Origin: a virus
Taxonomy: Duplodnaviria; Heunggongvirae; Uroviricota; Caudoviricetes
DNA: 64,000 bases
Reading direction: 5' to 3' (one strand)
IMG/VR virus record: IMGVR_UViG_3300028800_000057
In this document: positions 28,481 through 38,543 of the stretch, in pieces
Position numbering within the stretch: the stretch's first letter is position 1
How the letters are laid out: each line of letters opens with the position of its first letter
Program-made: the position numbers and the translations under genes
Notes under the pieces: generated by a model
What the model saw: only the letters and a program-made list of their open reading frames with translations
What the model was told of the DNA's origin: nothing
Database searches by the model: none

Positions 28481-28719
28481 ATTCCGAGATACTTCTCGAA
28501 CTGTCGGATTCTCTTCTTGAGTTGATTCAGGCCTCTCACAATCTCCATACGCAGTTGAGAATCGTACTTGATGGACTCGATGGTACTGATGGTTGTCTCC
28601 AACTCTTCTCGTAGCTCGTACAAGTGAGCTAAAGCATCCGCCGCCTGCACATGCTTGATAGTAGGGGCTTCCTCTGAAGTGAACCTCCTAGAGCTAGGAG
28701 GTTTGGTATCGTTGGTCAT
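28474..28719 (-). CDS. hypothetical small helical protein
   Basis: ORF. Confidence 0.35.
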   Translation of the reverse strand: MTNDTKPPSSRRFTSEEAPTIKHVQAADALAHLYELREELETTISTIESIKYDSQLRMEIVRGLNQLKKRIRQFEKYLGIY

Positions 28720-28765
28720 TGGGGTTGGGACTCTACAGCTAAGGTTCTTTTGCGCTTAACCTATT

Positions 28766-29020
28766 ATGGATTTTGGAGTGGCTTTCGGACTACTACATGA
28801 AGGCAAAGCAATAAAACGAAGTACCTGGGATTGTTGGATCGAGATACGAGATCTACCAGCTCACCGAGAGTCACTACCAGCGGACAGCTTTGAGATTGGT
28901 ACCTTCTTAGTACTAATCCAACCGACTGGTAACTACACACGTTGGACACCATTCGACCAAGACTTGCTAGCTAGGGATTGGGAGGAGACGCCAACTCTAG
29001 CTAAAGACCTCGTGGTGTAA
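28766..29020 (+). CDS. hypothetical protein
   Basis: ORF. Confidence 0.4.
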   Translation: MDFGVAFGLLHEGKAIKRSTWDCWIEIRDLPAHRESLPADSFEIGTFLVLIQPTGNYTRWTPFDQDLLARDWEETPTLAKDLVV

Positions 29021-29030
29021 TAGGAGTACT

Positions 29031-29351
29031 ATGAAGAAGTCACTCATCCCCGCTCTCGCTCTAGTCTACTTGGCGTTTCTTCCTGCTGGGAGATGCAACA
29101 AGCCACCACCAGTTAACCCAATACCACCGGTTGAGGTTGATGCTGGACCAGCACCAACCCCGGACACCTCAAGTTGCAATGGTTACTGTGATCACTTGAA
29201 GAGTCTTCCGTGTTCAGAGGGTACTAACCCAAAGTGTTTAGAGACTTGTCAGAAGGTCCTAATCGCTAACCTCATCAAGCTACCGATTGATTGTGTAATG
29301 GCAGCAACAACAGTCAAGTCCGCAGTCAATTGCGGAGCTGAGTGTAAGTAA
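29031..29351 (+). CDS. secreted Cys-rich small protein (signal peptide, 8 Cys)
   Basis: MKKSLIPALALVYLAFLPAG signal peptide. Confidence 0.5.
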   Translation: MKKSLIPALALVYLAFLPAGRCNKPPPVNPIPPVEVDAGPAPTPDTSSCNGYCDHLKSLPCSEGTNPKCLETCQKVLIANLIKLPIDCVMAATTVKSAVNCGAECK

Positions 29352-29368
29352 CCCCTAAGGAGCGTGTT

Positions 29369-30196
29369 ATGCCTAGAACATTTGGTGGGCCTCATAGTTA
29401 CGGCTACAAGAAAGATCGTCCAGATCACGGAATGCCCGGGATCAGTATTCTATCAGGTAAGTTCAAAGTAACTGCGATACCGAGGTCTATCAGTTACCGA
29501 GACCAGGTACTAGCTGGTCCTGGGATCATGGACCAAGGTAGGGTAGGAAGTTGTGTCGGCCATGCCACTGATGGTTCAATCGAGACTCGACTGACCATTG
29601 CTGGGACTACAATCTCGCATAGATCTCCTGTTTGGATCTATGACGTCGCCCGTTGTACCGAGCGCGCGAGGGACTATGTGGGGGTACCTAACAGCGAACT
29701 CCCCTCATTGGAAGACTCAGGAGCTATGCCCTCAGATGCTTGGACAGGAGTGGCTCAGTGGGGTCTTGCGGCTTACGAGGATAGGCCTACAAGTGACGAT
29801 ACCGCCAACAATGAACCTAGGCTGGGTCTCGTTGAGAGCGCTTCAGACGTCATCCTAACGGGAGCCTACCGTATCGACGACACTGGGGCAGCTCGCATCC
29901 TCGCTATGCAGACAGCCTTGGCGAACGGGTTCCCAATTGCTATAGCCATTCAAGTCGACACTGCCTTCGAGGACTTCGACGGTAAGACTCCCATTGGCGC
30001 CCCGAACCCAAATGATATCCTAGGTGGGCACTACATCTACGTGACTGGGTACGATACCCAATCCAACGGTACTACAATATTCAACGGTCCTAATAGCTGG
30101 ACTGATAAATGGGGTGACGGCGGTTTCTGGATTGGAAACGAGGACTTCATCGCTGGAACAACCGATATCTATGTGGCAGACGTAAAGACTACTTGA
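29369..30196 (+). CDS. papain-like (C1 family) cysteine peptidase
   Basis: QGRVGSCVGHA (Cys), GGHYIYVTGY (His), NSWTDKWGDGGFW (Asn/Trp) triad context. Confidence 0.7.
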   Translation: MPRTFGGPHSYGYKKDRPDHGMPGISILSGKFKVTAIPRSISYRDQVLAGPGIMDQGRVGSCVGHATDGSIETRLTIAGTTISHRSPVWIYDVARCTERARDYVGVPNSELPSLEDSGAMPSDAWTGVAQWGLAAYEDRPTSDDTANNEPRLGLVESASDVILTGAYRIDDTGAARILAMQTALANGFPIAIAIQVDTAFEDFDGKTPIGAPNPNDILGGHYIYVTGYDTQSNGTTIFNGPNSWTDKWGDGGFWIGNEDFIAGTTDIYVADVKTT

Positions 30197-30222
30197 GCTA
30201 GGTCTCAACCTATTCTAGGGTA

Positions 30223-30633
30223 GTGCGCATGCGTATTACCCTAGAACCACATCCTGGATGCGATATTCAAATCACTATCGATCCAACTGAGGACAAGAAG
30301 TTCTTCCTGGAGTTGTTGCTGCCTGCATACAAGAAGAATGTCCTAGGGGAACACGAGAATCCGTATCCAGTACTGATGAGTAAGTTCCGCTCGAGTCCTC
30401 CGAAGGCAGCCAAACTAAAGACCGATCGTGGGTGGCTTTGCACTTACGACGTCACTGATGTAGTATCAGAGGACTACCAGGTTAAGTTTCCGACTTACAG
30501 TATCTTGTGGATCATGATCCACTTCGACGCACTGAAGGTCACCATCAAAGGACCTAACAGTGTAACAGTGTTCAAGATCCCACCACCTCCAGGTGTCACC
30601 GTTGACCCAGAAACCCATCAGGTCCAGGTATGA
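30223..30633 (+). CDS. hypothetical protein
   Basis: ORF. Confidence 0.45.
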   Translation: MRMRITLEPHPGCDIQITIDPTEDKKFFLELLLPAYKKNVLGEHENPYPVLMSKFRSSPPKAAKLKTDRGWLCTYDVTDVVSEDYQVKFPTYSILWIMIHFDALKVTIKGPNSVTVFKIPPPPGVTVDPETHQVQV

Positions 30634-30658
30634 GCGAGTCATTGAGGGCATAGCAGTA

Positions 30659-30715
30659 GCCTCGAAGTACCCTCGAAGGCATAGGTGGCCCTCGAATGGT
30701 GTGGCCCTCGAATGG
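30659..30715 (+). repeat. iteron-like direct repeats: CCTCGAA x4 including perfect tandem 16-mer GTGGCCCTCGAATGGT x2 (30684-30699, 30700-30715)
   Basis: direct inspection in 460-bp non-coding region upstream of methyltransferase. Confidence 0.65.
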
Positions 30716-31093
30716 TAAGGTTACCCGCTGCCTAATCTGTGAGACAATTCGTTGGAAGACCGAGAGCAAGGACAGGGGTAGGCGCGTGGTACTCTTCCAA
30801 CCCCGCCGCTCCACTGAGTGGGATCGGGTAATGCCTCCTTGCCTCAAGACTTAGACCAGAAGTGCTTCTTTGCAGGTCGGACTCCCCTACTTCTAAGGTG
30901 GAAGTCGTTGGTGTCGGTGTCCCAAGGTCTCCTACGTCTACGTCTGAGGCTAATTAGTACGAGGCCAACTGCAACTGCAACTACGGCTAGAATTATCGAT
31001 AGTGCCACGAAACTGTATTACGCTTCAGCACACCTGATCTCAACGATAAATTGACTTTCCTGTGGGCCGACTCTCTCGGTGTAATGGTTTTCA

Positions 31094-32383
31094 ATGGAAA
31101 GCCAGATCGTACTAGGGGATTGCAGAGAGGTCCTCAAGTCCCAACCTGACAACGTCTTCGATTCAGTGGTGACAGACCCCCCCTCAGGGATCAAGTTCCT
31201 TGGGCTCGAGTGGGATACTTTCAAACCGACCGAGGATGAGGAGGGGGTAGAGGGGCGCGCTGAGCTGCTGGCCTTCCAGAACTTCCTAGCTGTATCCTTT
31301 CGAGAGGTCTACCGAGTCCTCAAGCCTGGTGGGTTCGGATTGGTCTGGGCGCTCCCGCGCAGTAGCCATCATACGAAGATGGCCCTAGAGCGCTGCAGGT
31401 TCGAGATTAGGGACACCCTGTACCATATCTTTGGCCAAGGGTACAAGAAAGGGACTGATGTCAGCAAGGAGCTCGAGACTCTAGGGGACATTGAGTTGGC
31501 GGAGAGGTGGTTGGGCTACCACACAGGATTGAAGCCAGCTGTCGAGGAGTGGGTGCTCGTCCGTAAACCACTCGAAGGTACGGTCGTCGACAACATCCGA
31601 AAGTATGGGGCTGGAGCTCTAAATATTGATTCTTCCAGAGTTTTCACTGATTGGGATGAACCTGACCGACCCGATACTTGGAAGAATAGCGGTCACACCT
31701 CGAAACCAGAAGCGGTAAAGGTTGCAGCTCCGCCGGGGAACGGAATCAATTGCCACCCGCTCGGAAGGTGGCCCTCTAATCTTATCCTATCCCACTGTCC
31801 TGATTGCAAGCGTATCGGGACCAAGGTCATCAAAGGAGACCCGCGCGGTAACTGCAAGGGGACCCGTCCAGGGGGTTTCTATGCTCCAGGATCAGACTCA
31901 GGTGATGGGAAGCCAAACGCCTATGTCTACGGAGACCAGGAGCTACCGATCTACGAGTGCGTTGAGGGTTGCCCAGTGGGTATCTTGGATAGAAATGGGA
32001 GCAACTCTCGGTACTTCAAGACATTTGATCCAGACCCAGAAGCCAACTTCATCTACCAAGCGAAGCCGTCACCTTCGGAGAAGAATGCTGACTTGGATGA
32101 GGGCCTCGTCAATGAACACAAGACTGTTAAGTCGTTGAAGTTAATGTCTTATCTGGTCCAACTAGTAACTCCCCAAGGCGGGAGAGTACTTGACCCATTC
32201 GCGGGATCCGGTACTACTTTGGTTGCGGCTGCAGAGCTAGACTTCGGGTTTCTGGGTATCGAGAAGGACCCTAAGACTTGGCCTGTTATTCAAAGTCGGG
32301 TGGCCAATGTCCTCAAGCGTATTGAGCTGGCGCGAGAGAAGCTAGCTGGGTTCAATGCAATGTTCGAACTGGAGAGTGAGTGA
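31094..32383 (+). CDS. DNA methyltransferase (N6A/N4C beta-class) with variant motif IV DPPS, C-terminal FELESE
   Basis: FDSVVTDPPSG ... DPFAGSGTT (motif I). Confidence 0.75.
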   Translation: MESQIVLGDCREVLKSQPDNVFDSVVTDPPSGIKFLGLEWDTFKPTEDEEGVEGRAELLAFQNFLAVSFREVYRVLKPGGFGLVWALPRSSHHTKMALERCRFEIRDTLYHIFGQGYKKGTDVSKELETLGDIELAERWLGYHTGLKPAVEEWVLVRKPLEGTVVDNIRKYGAGALNIDSSRVFTDWDEPDRPDTWKNSGHTSKPEAVKVAAPPGNGINCHPLGRWPSNLILSHCPDCKRIGTKVIKGDPRGNCKGTRPGGFYAPGSDSGDGKPNAYVYGDQELPIYECVEGCPVGILDRNGSNSRYFKTFDPDPEANFIYQAKPSPSEKNADLDEGLVNEHKTVKSLKLMSYLVQLVTPQGGRVLDPFAGSGTTLVAAAELDFGFLGIEKDPKTWPVIQSRVANVLKRIELAREKLAGFNAMFELESE

Positions 32384-32655
32384 TGTCCTCATATTATGAC
32401 GGTGGTTTTGATGAGTGGGTAGAGGACTTATTTTTCACGGTGCCAAGGGAGAAGTTCAAAGAGATCAAACTTCTCCTTGAACCTTACCGGGAGATGATTG
32501 ACAACAAGCTTACTAACGACTTCGAGCCCGAAACCATGTCATGGAGAACCTATCGCAACTCTCTGTGGAGTTGCCTCCCTGAAGAGATCAACCAGAAGAC
32601 TGCCGAGATACTAGCTCGGGACCTTCCACCAAGCGATAGTTTCTCCAGCGCTTGA
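32380..32655 (+). CDS. hypothetical protein
   Basis: ORF, ATGA overlap. Confidence 0.4.
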   Translation: MMSSYYDGGFDEWVEDLFFTVPREKFKEIKLLLEPYREMIDNKLTNDFEPETMSWRTYRNSLWSCLPEEINQKTAEILARDLPPSDSFSSA

Positions 32656-33211
32656 GCGAGATCTTCCCTCCTTTGTCTGTGTAGACGAACTCTGCATCCA
32701 CGTTGATGACCGTGAATGGTGGGCTGCTGAGACGCCTTTGATCCTTGGTCTGCCACCTTTGGCCAGCTACAGGAAGTGACTTTTGTGGGCCTTCCTTGGT
32801 GACCTTGGCTGCATCCTCTCTAACGATCGGATACTCTCCGCTTTTGGAAGTAGACTTCTTGGGGGGCTGACTTTGGACCACCTGAGAGGGTGGGGGCCGT
32901 GGAGGCTCCGAAGGCAATGGATCCGAGGCAAGTTCTTCAACGACCTCAACGACTTCGGGCTCCTGTTTTTGTGGCCCCGGCACGACGGTAATCGGTTGAG
33001 GAGGTTCTGGTTCTCCTATATCTAGGACAAGTGTGTACTTGTCCCCAATCACGTTCTCTCGAACTGTCTCATTGGCAGTTCGCCCTCCGGAGACCCTAAA
33101 GAATCTCCCCCTCACACAGAAAGTTTCGCCTGGGTCAAAAGCCCTAACTATGCGTTGAGCAATGCTTTCTGGTGTTTCCGATTCATCAAAAAGTAACCTA
33201 GATATTCGCAT
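32588..33211 (-). CDS. hypothetical Pro-rich protein
   Basis: ORF. Confidence 0.4.
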   Translation of the reverse strand: MRISRLLFDESETPESIAQRIVRAFDPGETFCVRGRFFRVSGGRTANETVRENVIGDKYTLVLDIGEPEPPQPITVVPGPQKQEPEVVEVVEELASDPLPSEPPRPPPSQVVQSQPPKKSTSKSGEYPIVREDAAKVTKEGPQKSLPVAGQRWQTKDQRRLSSPPFTVINVDAEFVYTDKGGKISLKRWRNYRLVEGPELVSRQSSG

Positions 33212-33377
33212 CCGCGCTGCCCCATATACTCACTGAATCAGTGTTTGTCCAGTTGTGGCCGACAAGTAGTTTGTCTATCACCAAAAGATCCCAATATTAT
33301 TCAAGTGTTAGAAAGTAACCCAGCATTCAAAAGTAGAAGCAATTGCCCGAAGTATACACCGTGGGGTAGAGGATGGG

Positions 33378-33821
33378 ATGAAGTCTCCGTTGGACAAGGT
33401 TCAGGATCTAATCTCCCTGGCTCTGGATGGCAACCCAGATCAAGCAGAAGCGAGGAATGCAGCAATTACCGCTGTGAAACTGATTCGGAAGCATGATCTG
33501 TTGGTAATTGACTTCGAGGTCGGAAAGGTACGACGAAGCCCAGGACAGTTATCATCGAAGAAAACCCAAAGGTTAGCTGAGGAGCGTGTGAGCCGCGCTG
33601 TCTCGGGTCTAGTGAATAAGTCCATCATCGGTGAGTACCCAATGGTCCGAGCTACACAGCTAGCTGAGGAGGCGGTGTCGTCGGGTGAGATCACACAGAG
33701 TCAGTGGGACACCTACTACAAGCAGTTGCGCGTGTGTTTGCTTTCAAAAGTCAGGCATGGAGTCCTAGTCTCGAAAAGTGGGTGGCAAGGGGGCTACCAA
33801 CTAGCTCGAAGTGGGAAGTGA
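33378..33821 (+). CDS. hypothetical protein
   Basis: ORF. Confidence 0.45.
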   Translation: MKSPLDKVQDLISLALDGNPDQAEARNAAITAVKLIRKHDLLVIDFEVGKVRRSPGQLSSKKTQRLAEERVSRAVSGLVNKSIIGEYPMVRATQLAEEAVSSGEITQSQWDTYYKQLRVCLLSKVRHGVLVSKSGWQGGYQLARSGK

Positions 33822-33849
33822 CTAACCTTTCAATATCTCATTTGGGGGC

Positions 33850-34413
33850 ATGAGTACCATAGAGTGTTTCTTTCTGAGGCCAGCTGCTTTTGCTCAAGAA
33901 ACCCTAAGGAGGTTCTCACTCTCGAATGACTCCAGTGCTTGTCCTATCACTGGATATCACACTTGCTCTGTAGACATAAACGTCGTCCCCTTCGAGCTAT
34001 CCGACCTTGACGGTAAGCCAGGTGAAGGCATTGATCATGATGACCCACGCTGGCCTACCTCTTGTGCTTGCGGGTATCAGTTCGAACCTGAGGATCAATG
34101 GCAGCATCAGCTAACTAGATTGTATTGGAGATCTGATCACCTAGCCATGAGGACAACTCTTCAGAAAGCTCCCGTGGGGTCTATGTATTACGCAGATTGG
34201 TACGATTGGAAGGGGCCCGATAACCACTGTCTAGTCGTTATTACTCCTGGTGGGCCATGGGTTGTAGATGGGCCGTCATCTAATGGGAACGGAACTAAGG
34301 GAAATCCTTGGACTCGTACTGGTGAAGTCCCAAGAGTTACTGCTAACCCAAGTATTCACTTTCCCGGTCAATACCACGGGTGGTTGCGCAATGGGGTCCT
34401 AGAAGAGTGCTAA
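33850..34413 (+). CDS. hypothetical protein
   Basis: ORF. Confidence 0.45.
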   Translation: MSTIECFFLRPAAFAQETLRRFSLSNDSSACPITGYHTCSVDINVVPFELSDLDGKPGEGIDHDDPRWPTSCACGYQFEPEDQWQHQLTRLYWRSDHLAMRTTLQKAPVGSMYYADWYDWKGPDNHCLVVITPGGPWVVDGPSSNGNGTKGNPWTRTGEVPRVTANPSIHFPGQYHGWLRNGVLEEC

Positions 34414-34493
34414 AGAGTGTCTAAGGGTGTGGGTGGTTAGTTGAGGGAGAAGTATCTGTCTATGCCGGGACATAGGAAAGGAGAACCGCACCT

Positions 34494-36346
34494 ATGCCCC
34501 ACAGCAACCCAAACTTCTATGATGCCATTGTTACTGGTATCACTAGCAGTCAGGATCACTGGTCCTCAGGATCCTTCCCGAATTCCTACATCACGCACGT
34601 TGCTCAAATTATCTACAATGCTATCTCTCCTAGCACTAGTAGCAACATTGACGCTGAAGCTGAGCTCCTTCAGTCAATCGTCGGCGGGTTGTTCTCAACC
34701 AACCACCTAATACCGTCACTCGACCCAAGCTACAACACCATTGCAGTAGCAATTAACAATCTATTTCAACAAGTAAGAAGTACGCTTGATGGGATATCTT
34801 CCGGGGGTGGGATCGCTACTGGACTTCAAACCTCAGCGCTAATACCGGTCAGTATATCAGGAGCTGCGCCCCCTGCTGCTGGACAAGTGCTGACTGCTAC
34901 CTCTAGTACCACTGCCGATTGGGAGAATTCTGGGGGTGGCGTTACATTAGCTACAACAACTCCTGCATCAGAAGCTGTCGGTGGTGCAGGTGCTGTCGGG
35001 GTTGGGACAACTGCTGCTCGAGACGACCACATCCATCCGATGCCCGCCTTTGGAACGACTACAGGAACGTTCTGCCAAGGTAACGACTCGAGGTTGGTAA
35101 CTATCTCAGGATCAACCCCTGCATCAGAAGTAGTTGGTGGATCTGGGGCTGCAGGGTCAACCGGTCATACATCAGATGCTGGGCACATTCATCCAATGCC
35201 CGCCTTTGGAACAACTGCAGGAACCTTCTGCCAAGGTAACGACACCAGGTTTATCAGTATCTCAGGGTCAACCCCTGCATCGGAAGTAGTTGGTGGATCT
35301 GGTGTTGTAGGGTCAACCGGGCATGCATCAGATGCTGGTCATGTTCATCCAATGCCAGCTTTCGGAACGACTACAGGAACGTTCTGCCAGGGGGTGATGC
35401 TCGACTCTCAGATGATAGGACGGCTTCTGGAATCAGAACCGCAACTACAATAGTCTCAGTAGCCTCTGCGGCTGCTCCTTCAGCTGGTCAAGTTCTTACC
35501 GCTTCCTCTGATACTGTTGCTGCTTGGGTTACACCATCAGGTGGCGGTGGTGGTACTTTCCCAGGAACTTACACCTATGCCACACTACCAAGTGCAGCTA
35601 GTGCTGGGGTTGGGGCTCAACAGATTGTGTCAGATGTCCCAGATTGTACTTTCATATCAGATGGAACAGTTTGGCAGCCATTCTGCAGTGGGGTCCTTGT
35701 AGTTCCACCAGCTATCCCAGTTTCAGCACTTACTGCTTACGGTGCGTCAACTTCAAATACTACCCTTACGCAAGAGGGGCCATTTTGGAGACTTACAACG
35801 TCAGAGCAGTTGAATCAAGTACTTCACGCATGGCTTGTTGGGCCCTTAGCGAAAGATGGCAGCGGTCAGTACACCATCGAAATCGGCATTGACTCTTCAG
35901 ATACTTTACTGATTCAACCCTTTGGTACACTTGGGATATACACTGATGATGCTGTAAGCCAGGGTTGTAGTTGGTTCTGGTACAATCAAGGCACTACCCT
36001 AGCTATTTCAGCACACTATTATTCTACAATACCCAGTTATGCTTCCGCTGCTGGCGCTGTTTCGATGGGCTTAGCACCAAGAGTCAAGTTTCTACGCGTT
36101 GGGTATATAGCATCATCGAATGTAACTACCGTTGATGTATCAACTAATGGTACTGACTGGTTTAGGATTTTCAGCAGCCCCAACAGCTGGTTCTATAACT
36201 TTGGGGCCCCAACGACGTTTACTAGGTTTGGAATTGATATCGATTGTTCCAATAACAACAACCTCGCCGCTGGTTCAAGCAGAATGTCAGCACGTATTTG
36301 TCATTTTGTGCAGACGGCAGGGCCGCCACCTGCCCCTGTACTATAA
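34494..36346 (+). CDS. tail-fibre-like protein with HIHPMPAFGTTxGTFCQGND repeats; reading frame shifts -1 at a G5 run near 35388-35394 (track ORFs 34494..35453 and 35627..36346 are one gene)
   Basis: frame-2 translation upstream of 35627 is stop-free back to about 35330 and carries APSAGQVLTASSDTVAAW, which is also in 36827..37639. Confidence 0.5.
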
Positions 36347-36353
36347 CCACTGA

Positions 36354-36797
36354 CTATCGTGGCCAGGGATCAGCTCGCCGGAGACCGCACTTGTTGTCTC
36401 CGGTTACCTCTGGTTCCTCGAAGTTGTGGTTACGCCCGTTGTACAGAGTCTCACCGGTTAGCTTCTGGTACTGATCAACCCAAGCCCTAGCTTGACGCTC
36501 TTGGTTTGGATTGATTCTACCCGCTTGAAGGAGTGCTGATACCTTCTGAGGGCTGATTCCGTAGAACGGATTACCCCTCTGTGACTCTAGCAACGGATGA
36601 TCATCGTGGTCACCTGGCATCCGTGCAGTAAACAACGGGTTCTGTGGAGGTAGAACATACCGTTCATCTTCAGTAACTCGGTCATTTGCGTGATCTCGAA
36701 GGGTTGGGTTGTTATCTTGACCCCCTGAGAATAAGTCACGGATGTTTTTGGTAACAGGCATAGAGCTAAGTGTACCTTCAACTTCTGAGGACCACAA
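36354..36797 (-). CDS. hypothetical protein
   Basis: ORF. Confidence 0.4.
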   Translation of the reverse strand: MWSSEVEGTLSSMPVTKNIRDLFSGGQDNNPTLRDHANDRVTEDERYVLPPQNPLFTARMPGDHDDHPLLESQRGNPFYGISPQKVSALLQAGRINPNQERQARAWVDQYQKLTGETLYNGRNHNFEEPEVTGDNKCGLRRADPWPR

Positions 36798-36826
36798 CCC
36801 TGGTTGAAGTTCTTATGCCGCGGTAG

Positions 36827-37639
36827 TTGAGTATGACTACCGAAAGGTTTGCCAACAAGGCTATCACGACCCTCAATGGTGGGATTAACGGGGTTGTAAC
36901 CTCTTTGGTGGTTACTGATGCCTCCGAGTTCCCCACCCTACCACAATTTAGAGTGCTAGTTGAGGATGAGCTCATGCTAGTGACTGGGGTCAGCGGAGTT
37001 AGCTTCACTGTTCAAAGAGGATTAGAAGGAACACTGAACGTACCCCACGCCAATGGGGCTGCAGTAACTCATATTTTGACTGCTGGGGCACTATCAGAAA
37101 TTTCAGCCTCTGGACTCAGGACAGCAACGACAGTAGTTGATGTATCAGCGTCCACTGCACCATCACCAGGTCAAGTTCTTACCGCTTCCTCTGATACTGT
37201 TGCTGCTTGGGCAACCCCAACACCAGGTAGTACCCTCGTAACCACTCAGTTTGATATTGACCTCACCACAACAGCGAATACTGCGATAGATACTCGTCCA
37301 TCGACTCCGACAGGACCTGGTCGATGGAAGTTAAAGTCGATTGACCTCCGATTAAAGGTCGCTATTACAGGGGTTGGTACCCCTAGTTCAGTTCTCAGTA
37401 TTGGGGCAGTCTCTGGTGAGCAGCAGATAGTTGTTGATCAGACAGTAACTGACTCATCAACTGTTGGTTCAAGTGTTGGAGGGTTTGCTCTTGGGACCTT
37501 GGGGTTTGATATGAGCCAATCCACTGGCTTTGAAGCCATGTATCCGGCTGGTCAAGCAATTTACGCAAATGTAACTCAATCAGGAAACCCTGCAACTGGT
37601 ACAGTAACCGCTTACTTGCTCTGGCAAGGGCTGCCGTGA
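36827..37639 (+). CDS. tail-fibre-like protein (fibre N-terminal-domain-like start, Thr/Ser/Gly-rich)
   Basis: composition, shared module with 34494..36346. Confidence 0.45.
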   Translation: MSMTTERFANKAITTLNGGINGVVTSLVVTDASEFPTLPQFRVLVEDELMLVTGVSGVSFTVQRGLEGTLNVPHANGAAVTHILTAGALSEISASGLRTATTVVDVSASTAPSPGQVLTASSDTVAAWATPTPGSTLVTTQFDIDLTTTANTAIDTRPSTPTGPGRWKLKSIDLRLKVAITGVGTPSSVLSIGAVSGEQQIVVDQTVTDSSTVGSSVGGFALGTLGFDMSQSTGFEAMYPAGQAIYANVTQSGNPATGTVTAYLLWQGLP

Positions 37640-37825
37640 TGGTGTAGTCCACCTATGAAGTTCATCTGCCACCCCGTCGTCGATGATAAAGGGAACGCCA
37701 TCAAGTGGCGTATCGAGGGTGGCGACCGGAGGTACCGTGGGGTTTTCCTCGAGGCCCTGAAGGACCGAGTTCGCCTGGAGTACCCAGACGCTGAATTCGA
37801 TGAAGGTGACCCAGTCTCTTGGGGC

Positions 37826-38515
37826 TCAAGCTTCTAGGGCTTCGATCGACTTGCGGATGTTGATCTGAGCCAGGTGCTCGTAGGAGCTGAAGCGCATCTC
37901 GGGGGTGGAGTAGAACGGGTCCCGAAGGAACCGCTTGAGTATGCTCGCGCGCCCCTTACGGTAGGCTTCGAGCTCCACAAACTGATACTCCAGACGGATG
38001 TCTCCCTCATACTTAACAAATTGGTCCAGACTCTCACCGAAGATGGCCAGGTCGATGTCATGGAGGATCATCTCCTCGCGCGTCTTGGGCTCTCTCGTGT
38101 ACTGACTGAAAAGTATTAGGTCACGGATCTTAGCACTGACCGGTGATGGGACTTGAAGCATGCGCTCCACACGAGATTGACCAATGTTCGCGCTCTGAAC
38201 CTCGTTGTCCCGTGCAGTCGGGTCATATACAAAGTCATGATACCAGAACGTCAATTCAAGGGTTATGCTCGGCTCCTGGAAGAATCGATCGTAGACTTCG
38301 AACATATGACGGAGGTGATCCCTCACATGGTAGTACCGACCTTTACCACTGTACGCCCCAAGGATCTCCTCAATCAAACTCGGGCTGGCTCCCTGAGCCT
38401 CAGCTCTCTTTAGGGTAGTTTCCCATCGAGATAACAGGTAGGCGGTAGTACTCACTCTACTATTGTGCCACATTTGAAGGGTCCAGACAAATAAAAAGGG
38501 CTTGGTTTGCACCAA
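37826..38515 (-). CDS. HD-domain phosphohydrolase
   Basis: YHVRDH ... WYHDFVYD ... LHDIDL (H..HD..D). Confidence 0.55.
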   Translation of the reverse strand: MVQTKPFLFVWTLQMWHNSRVSTTAYLLSRWETTLKRAEAQGASPSLIEEILGAYSGKGRYYHVRDHLRHMFEVYDRFFQEPSITLELTFWYHDFVYDPTARDNEVQSANIGQSRVERMLQVPSPVSAKIRDLILFSQYTREPKTREEMILHDIDLAIFGESLDQFVKYEGDIRLEYQFVELEAYRKGRASILKRFLRDPFYSTPEMRFSSYEHLAQINIRKSIEALEA

Positions 38516-38523
38516 GCCCTTTT
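38486..38523 (-). terminator. rho-independent terminator after flotillin gene (stem AAAGGGCTTGGT/ACCAAGCCCTTT then T-run on minus strand)
   Basis: 12-bp stem, TTTTTATTT tract. Confidence 0.65.
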
Positions 38524-38543
38524 CAACTAACGATTACCGACTA

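Noticed and set aside
31722-32138. 138-aa ORF inside methyltransferase 1
   Set aside because: It is an alternative frame of a confidently identified gene.
35517-35702. ORF 35517..35702
   Set aside because: It is an out-of-frame reading of the tail-fibre gene. Frame 2 carries the conserved fibre module.
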